A stretch of DNA of 64,000 bases from an uncultured Halobacteriales archaeon (GTDB lineage: Archaea; Thermoplasmatota; E2; JACPAO01; JAHFTW01), in the NCBI GenBank assembly GCA_964643795.1, contig CAZXUC010000018.1, positions 2,238 through 66,237 on the forward strand, written 5' to 3'. Of this stretch, positions 29,007 through 38,995 are shown piece by piece (position 1 is the first letter of the stretch; each line of letters opens with the position of its first letter). The notes under the pieces are model-generated. The model did not search any database. It was not told the DNA's origin and was given only the letters and a program-made list of their open reading frames with translations. The position numbers and the translations under genes are program-made.

Positions 29007-30605
29007 CTACTGCCGCAGCGCCCGCACGTCGTCGAGGATGGTCCGCACCGCCATCTCTTGCACGTTGCGCATCGCGGCGTCGACTTTGTAGCCGAGGATG
29101 TCCTGGCCGCGCAGCAACCCACTGAGGCGCTTGCGGTTGTAGTCCAACGCCTCCGTTGGAACCACTTGGTCAAGGATTCCGGCCGCGTCGGCGAGACCGA
29201 GGAGCAAAATCGTTGCGGCGTCCGGTGTGCCGCCGCCCGCGATGGCTCGCCGGAGGCGGTTGCGTAAGCGCTCCTGCGCGGTCGGATTCGTGACGGCGAA
29301 CGTCGAGCGGCGGAAGATGCCCATGTGCTTCCATTCGCGGGCCTCGGCGAGTCCTTTGCCGACGAGGCTTGCTTTACTGGCTCGGATGAGTCCGGGCAGT
29401 TCGCTGCCAAGGCTCTTCATCGCATCGCGGCTCGTCGTGTCCTTCATGACGCTCAACTTGTTGAGAAGCGGCGCTAGGCGGGGCGTTCCGTTGCCTTGCA
29501 CGATGAAGCGGTCGCGCTGCACCTGAAGGGCGCCGTGGTGGACGGCTTCGAGGAGAAGCGCACCAAGGAGCGCGCCGCCGACGCCGCCGGACGCCACTTT
29601 TTCGCCGCGCTCATCCCAGATTCCTTCCGCGGCGAGCAGGAGGAATGCTTCGGGGATCGGTTGCTCCGAACTGGATTTCGTCGCCTCTTCGTCGTGGACC
29701 TGAACCATCGAACCGTTGTCGCCCGAGTCGGCATCGGCGTCGGGTGAACGCCCGCGACCCTTGCGCGAGGTCCCGTCGTCATCGCGCGCGTCGGGGGCAG
29801 CATCAAGTGAGTCTAGGACGACCGGCTTGGCGCGCCGCTTCTCCAGTTCAGCGACCCAGTCGGTATTCTTGCCGGCGGCCGCGGCCTGCGTCTTCTTTGC
29901 GGGCTCGCCTTTCTTGGCCGTCTCCTTCGCGATTTCCGGCTCGAGTTTGCGGCGGTGGCCATTGGTGGGAGCGGGCTTCACTGCGACGGCCGGCTCGGAC
30001 GGCACGACTTCCGGTTCCGCTGGAGGGGAGTCTACCTCGATTGTGTTGGCGGCCTTGCCATGCAGCGCGGGTTCAGGTTTCGCGTCGACGACTGGCTTGG
30101 CCTTGGCTTGCTTGGCTGCCGCCTTCTTCGCCGCCTTTGCAGCCTTTGCCTCGGTCTTGCGCAGTTTCTTGGCGGCCTTCTCGTGCGACGCCTTCAGTTT
30201 CTTCGCCGCCTTTGCCTCCGCTGCGAGCTTCTTCTTGGCGGCCTTTGCTTCAGTCGCCTTGAGTTGCTTGGCGGCCTTGGCGTTCGTCGCCTTGTGCTTC
30301 TCGGCTGCGGCCGCGTCCACGGCCTTGTGCGCCTGCGCGGCATGGGCGTCGGTGTCCTTGTGCGCCTGCACCGGATCCGAGGATTTCGCATGGGCAGGCT
30401 TCGCCTTGGCGGCCTTGGCTTTCGCCTTCGTCGCCTTCGGGCTCGAACTCTGCTTGGCGGCTTTGGCCGGTTTGGCGGCCTTCGCGGGCTTGTGCGCTTT
30501 CGGCTCCGTTTTCGCAGCCAGGTGGGGTTTGGCCTTGGCCTTGGCGTCCTTCTTCGCGGCTTCCGCCTTCTGCTTCATCGCTGCCTTCTGGGTGCGCGTC
30601 GCCAT
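29007..30605 (-). CDS. Lys/Ala-rich (histone H1-like) N-terminus fused to a GPP34/GOLPH3 domain
   Basis: ~170 aa of AKKA/KPAK repeats; C-terminal IPEAFLLLA...GALLLE...LV.KG...GIF....F....ERLRNRLR...PDA.T..LLGLADAAGIL. Confidence 0.75.
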   Translation of the reverse strand: MATRTQKAAMKQKAEAAKKDAKAKAKPHLAAKTEPKAHKPAKAAKPAKAAKQSSSPKATKAKAKAAKAKPAHAKSSDPVQAHKDTDAHAAQAHKAVDAAAAEKHKATNAKAAKQLKATEAKAAKKKLAAEAKAAKKLKASHEKAAKKLRKTEAKAAKAAKKAAAKQAKAKPVVDAKPEPALHGKAANTIEVDSPPAEPEVVPSEPAVAVKPAPTNGHRRKLEPEIAKETAKKGEPAKKTQAAAAGKNTDWVAELEKRRAKPVVLDSLDAAPDARDDDGTSRKGRGRSPDADADSGDNGSMVQVHDEEATKSSSEQPIPEAFLLLAAEGIWDERGEKVASGGVGGALLGALLLEAVHHGALQVQRDRFIVQGNGTPRLAPLLNKLSVMKDTTSRDAMKSLGSELPGLIRASKASLVGKGLAEAREWKHMGIFRRSTFAVTNPTAQERLRNRLRRAIAGGGTPDAATILLLGLADAAGILDQVVPTEALDYNRKRLSGLLRGQDILGYKVDAAMRNVQEMAVRTILDDVRALRQ

Positions 30606-30699
30606 GGGAGTCCCTATGGTCCCGGCGAGGCAGGGTTAGGAAGAAGAGCCCTTCGCTCGAGCGGCAATCCGCTCGACCGATTGGTCGGCCTTCGCCGAC

Positions 30700-30770
30700 C
30701 GGGTGGGGGGCTCTGCCCCCCACCCTCTGCCCCCCGCCGGTGGCCCTGCGGTCCCCCGGACCCCCTTGCC
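30700..30770. repeat. GC-rich REP-like element (second family)
   Basis: cccgccggtggccctgcggtcccccggacccccttgc is nearly identical to 38514-38553. Confidence 0.65.
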
Positions 30771-30833
30771 AGGAGTAGGGCGGCAGCTTCAGGGAGCGCC
30801 GAACCGCAACTTCACAGTGCCACGACGGTAGAT

Positions 30834-31535
30834 TCACGCGGCCGCGAGCTTGCCAAGCAAGTCTTCCGGCCGCTCCAGCACCCAATCTGCCTCGGGCGGG
30901 ACGGGTGCGCCAGGCTTACCGTACGACGCCCACGCCGTGCGCATGCCGACCGCCTTCGCCCCGGCCATATCTTTCTCGGGCCAGTCGCCGACCATGAGGA
31001 TGGACGCCGGTGGAATGCCGAGCAGGTCGACGGCGGCGCGGAAGGGCTTCTCGTGCGGCTTGCGTTCGCCTGAATCCGTGAACGTGACGACGAACTCGAA
31101 GAAATCGACGAGCCCGGCGGCGTCGAGGCGCTGGTAGCCTTTGAGGCGGGGTGCATCCGTCACGACGCCCATGCGTATGCCGCGGCGGGAAAGTTGGATG
31201 AGCGTGCGGCGGACTCCCGCGTACGGCTCAGTGTGCAGCGTCTTCGTCTTGAGGTAGGCGTTGACGGCGGCGGCAGTGATGCGGTCAACGTGATGCTGAC
31301 TCAACCCGATCTTCTGCTGGTGGTGCTTCGTGAGGAACTGCGAAAAGACGGCGTCGCCCTCGATGTCCTGCAAGTATTCGCCGAAGAGGATGTCGCCGGC
31401 CTCGTCGGAGTTGAACGGAAACAGGGCGCCGGCTTGGATCATGGCGCGGGCGGCGGCGTCGGAGGCGGTGCGCTTCATGCGCAGAAAATCGACGAGAGTG
31501 TTGTCGAGGTCCCATAGCACTGCCTGGATGTTCAC
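30834..31535 (-). CDS. HAD-superfamily hydrolase
   Basis: WDLDNTL, VVTD, KPH, MVGDWPEKDMAGA..VGM. Confidence 0.9.
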   Translation of the reverse strand: MNIQAVLWDLDNTLVDFLRMKRTASDAAARAMIQAGALFPFNSDEAGDILFGEYLQDIEGDAVFSQFLTKHHQQKIGLSQHHVDRITAAAVNAYLKTKTLHTEPYAGVRRTLIQLSRRGIRMGVVTDAPRLKGYQRLDAAGLVDFFEFVVTFTDSGERKPHEKPFRAAVDLLGIPPASILMVGDWPEKDMAGAKAVGMRTAWASYGKPGAPVPPEADWVLERPEDLLGKLAAA

Positions 31536-32009
31536 GCGCTGCCATGATGCAGGCGGTTCAAGGCGTTGGCGACGACGTGATTCAAGGCGCTGGCGACGAA
31601 GTGGTGGCCAGCTCCGCCCCCGGCCGGCGGCAGGGGAGGCGGCGTGGTGGGCGCCTGCGTCCTTCCCGCCATGATGCAAGTGATTCCCGCAAGCAAGGCC
31701 AGCAAGTGGCGGCTTGCCAATTCGACCGCGTACTCGGCCTTGCTGACGTCGCCGTAGGAGGTCTTGGACGTGCAAGGGTCGCCCGCAACTGAACATCAGG
31801 CTGATGCAGCCGCCGAGCGCCGTGAACGCCCCCGCCCAAGCAATCACCGCTTGGCGGACCAAGATGCCGATTGCCGCCACGGCCATGAGTCCAAGCAAGA
31901 CGAAGGGCGGCGGGTAATGCTTCTGCGAGCACGTCGTCTCGGTGGGAGGGCGCGTAACGTCACCCGTACGCCGCACTCGCTCGATGCCGCCGGATCCCAA
32001 CGATCACGA

Positions 32010-32210
32010 CGAGCCGCGGAATCCGCGGAGCCTGTCCGCGTATTCGACAGGCGCAAAAGGAAAAACTCGTTCAAGCCGCAATGTCGACGAAAATCGCCGC
32101 TTCTGCGTCGAGATTCTCCTTGGTTTCCTGTGGAAAATGGTCAAAAAGGCATTTCCCGGACAGGCTCCGCGGAATCTTGGGAAACCAAGTTCCCTTGATT
32201 CCGCGGCTCG
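32010..32210. repeat. ~200-bp MITE/REP-like element with long terminal inverted repeats
   Basis: cgagccgcggaatc/gattccgcggctcg and ccgcggagcctgtcc/ggacaggctccgcgg perfect IRs. Confidence 0.7.
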
Positions 32211-32243
32211 GGCGGGCGCCGGAGGCCCGGAGAAACGAGGCCC

Positions 32244-32858
32244 TCACTTCTTCGGCGCCGCCAGCTTTCCGGTATGCCGCGCCTCGGCGATGAGGTCTTT
32301 CGCGTTCTCCACGACGTCCTTTGCGTCAAGGATGGCTTGCAGGATGACGAGCAGCAACGCGACGCCGGAGGCACCGAGCACGGCGACGGCGAGGATGCCG
32401 AGGGGGGTGCTCAGCAGGCCTCCGGGAATCTCCAGGTTCATGGCGGCGGTGCAATCTGTGCCGTCCTGCAGCGTCGCCCTTCCCGACACTTGGTACAAAC
32501 CGGAACCGTACGAAGTCCAGTTGCTTGCGTCGATGACTCCGGACTCGCTCATCGTAGGGGGATCATACGTCTCGTCGAGCAGGACTTTGCTTACCGGGCC
32601 GAAGTGCAGCGTGACGACGAGTCGCGCAATCGGTGTCGGCGACGATAGCCGGTAAGTCAAGTTTCCATCCGCCGGCAACGCAATCCTTGGCCGTTCTTCC
32701 GCCGCAAGGTCGCGGTCCTGGACGAAGATCTGGCACGGGCCGTCCACGGAAGCCGCCGCCGGGACGCTCACCGCCAGCACTGCTAGCAATGTCAGCAATG
32801 CCATGATGCATAGCCCCGCAGTGGCCCACCCAGCGGCGGGTCCCAGCCTTGCCGTCAT
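32244..32858 (-). CDS. Membrane-anchored secreted protein (signal peptide, beta-sandwich, C-terminal TM)
   Basis: Hydrophobic N-terminus, Cys pair, GSGLYQVSG, TM near the C-terminus. Confidence 0.7.
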   Translation of the reverse strand: MTARLGPAAGWATAGLCIMALLTLLAVLAVSVPAAASVDGPCQIFVQDRDLAAEERPRIALPADGNLTYRLSSPTPIARLVVTLHFGPVSKVLLDETYDPPTMSESGVIDASNWTSYGSGLYQVSGRATLQDGTDCTAAMNLEIPGGLLSTPLGILAVAVLGASGVALLLVILQAILDAKDVVENAKDLIAEARHTGKLAAPKK

Positions 32859-33277
32859 GCCGTTGCCTCCCTGGCCTGCCGCAGGACGCGGTTTGCCCAC
32901 CAGACTCCGACGCCGCGGCCAAGGGATGGCGCAACGAAGCCGAGGATGAGGCCGACGACTGCCGCGTGGAAGAAATCGTACGTCGTGAAGAAGTGCTTGC
33001 CAAGTTGTTGCAGGACGAGTTCTGCCGCGAGGTCGAAGAGGAAACCGAAGATGAGCGCCTTGACGAGGAAGACCGGACGCCACTTGAGAGGCTTCGGCAA
33101 ACCATCCGCGTCAAGTTCGATTGGCTTTCCCATCCAGTCCGACGCGCCAGGGACGGGCGACTCGGACACTGACTTCTTGTCCTCGTGGGCCGATTCGGAT
33201 TGCACGGAGCCAGCCGCGGGCGCAACGTCGTTCATAGGCGCATCTGGTTCGGTCGAATCCGGGTCCTTGGCGTCCAT
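32855..33277 (-). CDS. Small two-TM membrane protein
   Basis: Acidic N-terminus then ALIFGFLFDL...LQQLG and AVVGLILGF; ATGA overlap with the next gene. Confidence 0.6.
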   Translation of the reverse strand: MDAKDPDSTEPDAPMNDVAPAAGSVQSESAHEDKKSVSESPVPGASDWMGKPIELDADGLPKPLKWRPVFLVKALIFGFLFDLAAELVLQQLGKHFFTTYDFFHAAVVGLILGFVAPSLGRGVGVWWANRVLRQAREATA

Positions 33278-33333
33278 GTTATTGCCTGCAACGTACGCGC
33301 CAATGATAACCACAGCGCCGGCGTCGTCGCCGC

Positions 33334-34914
33334 TCAGAACTTTATTGCCGCACCCAATCGGGGCTCGACCGCTCGCCGTCCCAAGACGGCGCTGTAATGC
33401 TCGACGCCTTCCGTGTGGACGGGGATGATGCGCTTCGCGCCCATCGCGTCGGCCATCCAGAGCAATTCCTTCTCCGTCGCGTGCCCTGAGACGTGAGCGC
33501 CCACTTCGCGCAGCCCCCAACGGTTCAGCCACCATTGCAGGCGCGCCCGGTCGTGCACCATTTCCTCCGAGAACGGTTCCGTCTTCGAGTTGACGTAGGC
33601 TCCGCCCGGTGGGTCCAGCATTCCTGGGCCGGCCGCATATTCATGCAGTTCCGTCAGGTTCCAGATGTCAGCGAAGACGAGAAATCGGCCCGGGTCAGCC
33701 TTCACGTCGGCGCGGGTGACGGCGTTCGGATGGCTGAGGTACGGACGCTCCCAAGTTTGGTAGTCCTGCGCGACGAGGTCGGGTTGGGTGCCGCGTAGTG
33801 CATCGTTTCCGACGAGGCCCCACGATTTGCGGGGGATGTAGATGCGCACGTCGGGGTCGTCCGTGCGCGGGATCGGCGTGTCGAGTGCCTTGCTAGCTGT
33901 CGCGTCCACCATGTCGAGGAGGTAAGCCTGCTTGAGGCTCAAACACAATTTGCGACCAATCTTGCGCGCCACACGCAGGAACGTCTCGAGGCGGTCGAGG
34001 TCGCGTTGTGGGTATGCCACGAACACGTAGCCATGCTCGCCGGCCAATTGCTCGGCGATGTAGGATTCGACGCCGCCTTCAGTGTAGTCGCCGAGCGCCT
34101 TGAAGTCGTGCAGGTGCCCGTCGTGGCGCTTCTTTTCGTCGGCGACCTCCTTCGGGTTCTGCACGTTCGTGCCTTCAATGATGAGCGCGTCGACGCCGGC
34201 GCAACGCTCGACGAACCGCTCCGTCCATTGCTTGTTGCGGCCATGCATGCGCAAATCGCCGGAATACGCAATCTGGACATCGCCCTCAAGCAGGATGCCG
34301 CGAGCACCATGGATGGAGTGGTCAACGGGCATTAAATGCGCCGTGATTCCGTCCAACTCCAGCCGCGACTCGGTATGCCAAGGGCGGTGTTGCGGGGTCT
34401 CGCCCTTCTCACTGTCCCCGCTGGATGAGTACTTGACGCGAACCAGGCGGTTGTCCTGGCCCTTGCGTTTGTCCGGGCGCAGGCGGAACTGCTCGCGGAA
34501 CGTCGTGAAGTCGCTTTGATCGAACGAGCCGCCGGTCTCCTCGATGGCGCGCGCAACCGCGAACGCCGTTGGACTGGAGGCGACCGTGATGTCGGGGCGC
34601 AGGAGGGGAACCAAGCCAAGGTGGTCGATGTGGGGGTGGCTGATGAACACAGCATCGAATCGGCGCTCCTCGGCGCGGGCTCCCGATTGGCCGCGGTAAT
34701 CCTGGCGGTAAAGGCCGGGCACGTCTGGTGCCACGCCCGCGAGGAGCCAATCGGCCATTCCGTTGACCTTGCGTGGCTTGAGGAACTCCGAGAACGCCTG
34801 TCCGTATCGCTTGAATGAGATGCCGAAGTCGAGGAGGACGCGCGAGCGGCCGGAGGAGACCTCGAAGCAGTTGCCGCCAATCTCCGCCACACCACCGTGC
34901 GGGACAATCTCCAC
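33334..34914 (-). CDS. MBL-fold beta-CASP ribonuclease (RNase J-like)
   Basis: GGVAEIGGN, SHPHIDH, VDHSIHG, YSGD, EGT, HVSGHA, IPVHTE. Confidence 0.9.
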   Translation of the reverse strand: MEIVPHGGVAEIGGNCFEVSSGRSRVLLDFGISFKRYGQAFSEFLKPRKVNGMADWLLAGVAPDVPGLYRQDYRGQSGARAEERRFDAVFISHPHIDHLGLVPLLRPDITVASSPTAFAVARAIEETGGSFDQSDFTTFREQFRLRPDKRKGQDNRLVRVKYSSSGDSEKGETPQHRPWHTESRLELDGITAHLMPVDHSIHGARGILLEGDVQIAYSGDLRMHGRNKQWTERFVERCAGVDALIIEGTNVQNPKEVADEKKRHDGHLHDFKALGDYTEGGVESYIAEQLAGEHGYVFVAYPQRDLDRLETFLRVARKIGRKLCLSLKQAYLLDMVDATASKALDTPIPRTDDPDVRIYIPRKSWGLVGNDALRGTQPDLVAQDYQTWERPYLSHPNAVTRADVKADPGRFLVFADIWNLTELHEYAAGPGMLDPPGGAYVNSKTEPFSEEMVHDRARLQWWLNRWGLREVGAHVSGHATEKELLWMADAMGAKRIIPVHTEGVEHYSAVLGRRAVEPRLGAAIKF

Positions 34915-35071
34915 GAGGGGGCGACGGCCTTGGGGCTAGTAGGTTTGCCGCACGGCGCCCCGCGGGGAGTGCGAGCAGATTCCATTGAACGCGGCCCCTT
35001 CCCGGGGCCAAATCCGGCGGCACTCTTTTCTAGGTCCACGCCTCCCAAGGGACCCGTTCCTGGAAATTCGC

Positions 35072-37804
35072 ATGGTGGATGAAACAAACGAACCAGGCCC
35101 CGAACGCACCCTATTCAAGCGCACTCGGCGCGACCCGTTGCGGGGGCACCCCATCGAAGACCCTCACGGGGTCGAGGCCGCCCTCACGAAGGGCACGTTC
35201 GCTCCCCTGGAAATGCATCAACTCAACCTGCGCGCCCACCGTTTGCGCGCCATGCGGCATGAAGGCATCACGACGTTGCCGCAACTGCGCCGCAAGATTC
35301 GCATCCTGCCCCACCAAGTGAAGGCAGCCATCAAGATCCTCAACCAGATGCAGGGCCGTGGCATCCTCGCCGACGAAGTCGGTCTCGGGAAGACCATCGA
35401 GGCGGGCATCGTCATGAAGGAACTCGTCGCCCGCGGCAAGGCCAAGACCATCCTCGTCCTCACGCCCGCGTCGCTTGCTGCCCAATGGCAGGAGGAACTT
35501 TGGAACAAGTTCGGTGAGCGCTTCATCAAGCACGATGACATGGAATTCAAGGGCTTCTCCAAGCACGACCGTATCGTGGCTTCGATTGATACCGCCAAGT
35601 CAGCGCAGCATTATCCCGACATCATCGGCCGCGAATGGGACTTGTGCATCATCGACGAGGCGCATTACCTCAAGAACAAGAAGACGCAGCGTTACTCGCT
35701 TGCGGACGACATCACGGCCCGCCACGCTTTGATGCTCACGGCGACGCCCATCCAGAACAACCTCATCGAATTGTACAACCTCATCAACCTCATCAAACCG
35801 GGCCTACTGGGCACGATGCAGAATTTTGAGGAAGAGTACATCGGTGATGCGCAGGGGCGAGTCCTGCTTCACGCGACGCGGCTGCAGACGTTGCTCAAGC
35901 AGGTGCTCATCCGGAACCGTCGCTCCGAGACCGGCCTCAAATTCCCGGAACGCAAGGTCGAGACGAACCGCGTCCAAGCCTCCAAGGGCGAATACGAACT
36001 GCATCAGGCCGTATCGAACTTCATCCGCAACTACAAGCAATTCTTCGATTCGCATCTCGCGTTGATGGTGTTGGAACGTGAAGTGGCGTCTTCCGCCCCC
36101 GCCCTAGCAAAAACGCTGGGGAACATGCTGCCCAAGGTGCACGACCCTGAAGTCGCCAAGGCAATGGAGGACCTCAAGCACCTGGCCGACTCCATCAAGC
36201 GCAATGCTAAGGTCAACCTCATCGTCGACATCGCGAAGGGTACGAAGGAGAAGATGATCGTCTTCACGCAGTTCCGCGAGACGCAGGAATTGCTTGCGCG
36301 CCGCCTCAAGCTGGAGGGCATCGAGAACGTCAAGTTCCACGGCCAACTCACGCCCGGCCGCCGCCGCAAGGCGCTCGAAGAGTTTCGTGACCAGGACATC
36401 CAGGTCCTTGTCGCCACCGACTCCGGGTCCGAAGGCTTGAACTTGCAATTCTGCCACATCATGATCAATTATGATTTGCCGTGGAACCCGATGCGCGTCG
36501 AGCAACGCATCGGCCGCGTCCACCGCATCGGCCAAGAGTCGAGCAACGTCATCATCCTAAACTTGGCCGTCGCCAACACCATCGAGGACTACGTGTTGCA
36601 GGTCCTCTACGAGAAGATCAAACTATTCGAGGTCGCGATTGGTGAAATGGACCTCATCCTGAGCGACATCAACGAGGAAGGTGGCCTGGAGAAGCGCATC
36701 CTCGACATCATCCTTGAGACGAAGAACGACGAAGAGGTCCGCGACTCGCTGCAGAAGGTCGAGCGCGACGTCAAGAAGTCGAAGGAACAGGCCGAGGAGA
36801 TCAAGATGCTCGACGCATCCGTGTTCCAACAGTTCGACCTATCGACCGCGAAGGATGACGTCAAGATTGAGGACTCGGTTGACTTGGAGGCCGAAGTGCA
36901 GGATTTCGTCTCCTCGTTCCTGCGGGCAGCCTCGGGTGAAGTCGAAGTGACGGACCACATCACGACGGTCAAGCTCCCGCGCAGCTACTGGAAAAAACTC
37001 GGCGGCCTGCACACCTACACGACGGACGCGGAGACGTTCGAGGACCGCGACGGCGAAGTCGAACTCCTCAGCCTCGGCTCCAAGTTCGTGCAAGGCGTCA
37101 TGGACGTTCTGCAAGGGGAAGGTTCGGTGGGCGAAATCCGCACGGACCAAATCGATGCTCCCGTGACGCAGCTCTACTACCGCTACTTCATCGAGACGCT
37201 GCGCAGCGAAATGGAGGCCTTCGTGACGATTCACATCGCCGATGATGGCTCGCTACTCAAGGTTCAGGAAGACCTGGCCGAGGTCCCGGACGGGACGCCA
37301 GCGGCCTCGGCGCATGCCATCACGGCGGCCGAGTGGACCGAGATGCAGGAGAAGGCCCGCTTCGAAGTGGGAAACCTCCTCGTGCCTCTCTTGCAGAAGA
37401 AGCGCGAAGAGGCCGGCGAAGAGATCCGCCGCACAGAGAAACGACTCGAGCACTACTACGAGGGGCTCAAGGAGGAAATCCGCGGCGACGAGGCAAAGAT
37501 TCGCCGCAAGATGGGCGACATCCGCAACCGCCTATGGTTCACGGAGAACGGCGTCCGCGAACGCAAACTCGAGGAGCAATACCAGCAGCTCGAGGCGCAA
37601 CTGCACGATTTGACGTTCAAGAACAACCGCCGCGTCGAAGAACTCGACAAGGAATTGAAGGACCGCCTAGTACGCGAGCACGAGAAGAACGAGCCTCGCC
37701 TCATCGTCGAACTCATCGGCGCGACGCGCTTGGTCCCCGCGGCAGGGAGTGTCCGCGTGGCGGCGACGGCACGGTCACGTGAGGTCGCGGCCGTCGCCGC
37801 CTAA
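35072..37804 (+). CDS. SNF2-family helicase (YqhH/RapA-like) with C-terminal coiled-coil extension
   Basis: LADEVGLGKTIEAG, DEAH, LTATPIQN, SEGLNLQ, DLPWNP.RVEQRIGRVHRIGQ. Confidence 0.93.
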   Translation: MVDETNEPGPERTLFKRTRRDPLRGHPIEDPHGVEAALTKGTFAPLEMHQLNLRAHRLRAMRHEGITTLPQLRRKIRILPHQVKAAIKILNQMQGRGILADEVGLGKTIEAGIVMKELVARGKAKTILVLTPASLAAQWQEELWNKFGERFIKHDDMEFKGFSKHDRIVASIDTAKSAQHYPDIIGREWDLCIIDEAHYLKNKKTQRYSLADDITARHALMLTATPIQNNLIELYNLINLIKPGLLGTMQNFEEEYIGDAQGRVLLHATRLQTLLKQVLIRNRRSETGLKFPERKVETNRVQASKGEYELHQAVSNFIRNYKQFFDSHLALMVLEREVASSAPALAKTLGNMLPKVHDPEVAKAMEDLKHLADSIKRNAKVNLIVDIAKGTKEKMIVFTQFRETQELLARRLKLEGIENVKFHGQLTPGRRRKALEEFRDQDIQVLVATDSGSEGLNLQFCHIMINYDLPWNPMRVEQRIGRVHRIGQESSNVIILNLAVANTIEDYVLQVLYEKIKLFEVAIGEMDLILSDINEEGGLEKRILDIILETKNDEEVRDSLQKVERDVKKSKEQAEEIKMLDASVFQQFDLSTAKDDVKIEDSVDLEAEVQDFVSSFLRAASGEVEVTDHITTVKLPRSYWKKLGGLHTYTTDAETFEDRDGEVELLSLGSKFVQGVMDVLQGEGSVGEIRTDQIDAPVTQLYYRYFIETLRSEMEAFVTIHIADDGSLLKVQEDLAEVPDGTPAASAHAITAAEWTEMQEKARFEVGNLLVPLLQKKREEAGEEIRRTEKRLEHYYEGLKEEIRGDEAKIRRKMGDIRNRLWFTENGVRERKLEEQYQQLEAQLHDLTFKNNRRVEELDKELKDRLVREHEKNEPRLIVELIGATRLVPAAGSVRVAATARSREVAAVAA

Positions 37805-37824
37805 TCCTTGGTTTCGCCGGGCCC

Positions 37825-37933
37825 TAGTGTGGGAGGCCTGGGATGGCACAGATTTTCACAGAACTTGAGAGGCGGCCTTCTGCTGCGGCAAGACTAGTCT
37901 GTGGGTCTCCGTGGAATCCCAAGCCGCCCACAC
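37825..37933. repeat. 9-bp-periodic palindromic element (same arm as 28789)
   Basis: tagtgtgggaggcctgggat is identical to 28789-28808; right arm ...atcccaagccgcccacac. Confidence 0.75.
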
Positions 37934-37963
37934 CGACGGTCGCCAGCCTGACTAGAAGCGCGT

Positions 37964-38389
37964 TCAAACGTCAACAAGCAGGACGCTGCACTTCGACTTG
38001 CGTAGGATTTTTCCCGTCCGCGACGCAAGGCCGCCCCAGCGCCCGGCCGCGCCGTGCATGACGATGAGGTCGTGACTGGCAGTCTCCTTGATGATTTCCT
38101 TCGTAACGTTGCCCTTCACCGTCTTGAACTTGATCTGCACACCGTGCTTTCGGCAACGCTTCGACGCCATGCGAAGCACTTGCAGCGTCGACGCCTCGGT
38201 GGGAAAGATTTCGTCCTCCTCGTCGTCCTCGAACTGCTTGATTAGGTCCTCGGGCGCATGCTCGAAGCCGGCTTGACGCACGACGAGGATGGTCGCTTCG
38301 AGGCCGGGCGTCTGGAGCATCTGCAACGCCTTGTCCATGCAAGCCAGGCTTCGCTCGGAGCCGTCCATCGGGAACAGGAGCCTTTTCAC
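37964..38389 (-). CDS. Universal stress protein
   Basis: KRLLFPMDGSERS, G...EII....HDLIVM, KILRKSKCSVLLV. Confidence 0.85.
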   Translation of the reverse strand: MKRLLFPMDGSERSLACMDKALQMLQTPGLEATILVVRQAGFEHAPEDLIKQFEDDEEDEIFPTEASTLQVLRMASKRCRKHGVQIKFKTVKGNVTKEIIKETASHDLIVMHGAAGRWGGLASRTGKILRKSKCSVLLVDV

Positions 38390-38431
38390 GCCAACACCAG
38401 CCGCGGCACCCTAGTGGGGGGCCTTAGTCTT

Positions 38432-38553
38432 GCCGACCGGGAGGGGCTTCGCCGCTCAACCCGAAGTGCGGGCTGCGCCCGCACGGCGAGGGGCGCTGCC
38501 CCCCGCGCCGTTCCCCGCCGCTGGGGGACCTGCGGTCCCCCAGACCCCCTTGC
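38432..38553. repeat. GC-rich REP-like element downstream of tRNA-Leu
   Basis: Shares gccgaccggg and cctgcggtccccc.gacccccttgc with 30694-30770. Confidence 0.6.
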
Positions 38554-38558
38554 GTCAG

Positions 38559-38642
38559 TGCAGAGGCCAGGATTCGAACCTGAGAACCACGAAGGACTGG
38601 ATCCTAAGTCCAGCGCCTTTGACCAGACTTGGCTACCTCTGC
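38559..38642 (-). tRNA. tRNA-Leu(TAG), no intron, CCA not encoded
   Basis: GCAGAGG acceptor stem, CTGGA-CTTAGGA-TCCAG anticodon arm, long variable arm, GGTTCGAATCC. Confidence 0.95.
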
Positions 38643-38709
38643 GTGCAGGCCGCTACGCTACGAACACGATAAAGCGAACCGGAGCCACGCGCCCTGGCGC
38701 GAATTGCCC

Positions 38710-38871
38710 CTAGTGGGACTTGGCCCAGTTGTAGGAGCGTAGCTTCGCCGTCTTGCCGTAGCCGCACGACGCGCAGGTCTTCTTCTGCATGTGGTAGCTG
38801 TGGCGACCGCAGCGGCGGCAGCGCATGTGCGTGCGGCGTCCGCCGCGCTTGGAGGGGGTTCCGGTTCCCAT
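38710..38871 (-). CDS. rpl37e: 50S ribosomal protein L37e
   Basis: GTPS...[24 protein letters not shown]...R.YNW. Confidence 0.96.
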   Translation of the reverse strand: MGTGTPSKRGGRRTHMRCRRCGRHSYHMQKKTCASCGYGKTAKLRSYNWAKSH

Positions 38872-38995
38872 GAGAGTCACCCAGGCGCCTTGCGGCGGCC
38901 CGTGCAGTTCGCGCGACAAGAGGGGGCTTTAATATGGTTCCGGGCGCCGTCACCGGACCGCGCGACTCTTCTGCAAACGCGCCTTGGCGACGGGC

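Noticed and set aside
30834..32000. 388-aa HAD protein with membrane N-terminus
   Set aside because: The HAD domain starts at GTG 31535. The upstream 31532-31890 stretch looks like a frameshifted remnant of a small membrane gene that I cannot identify.
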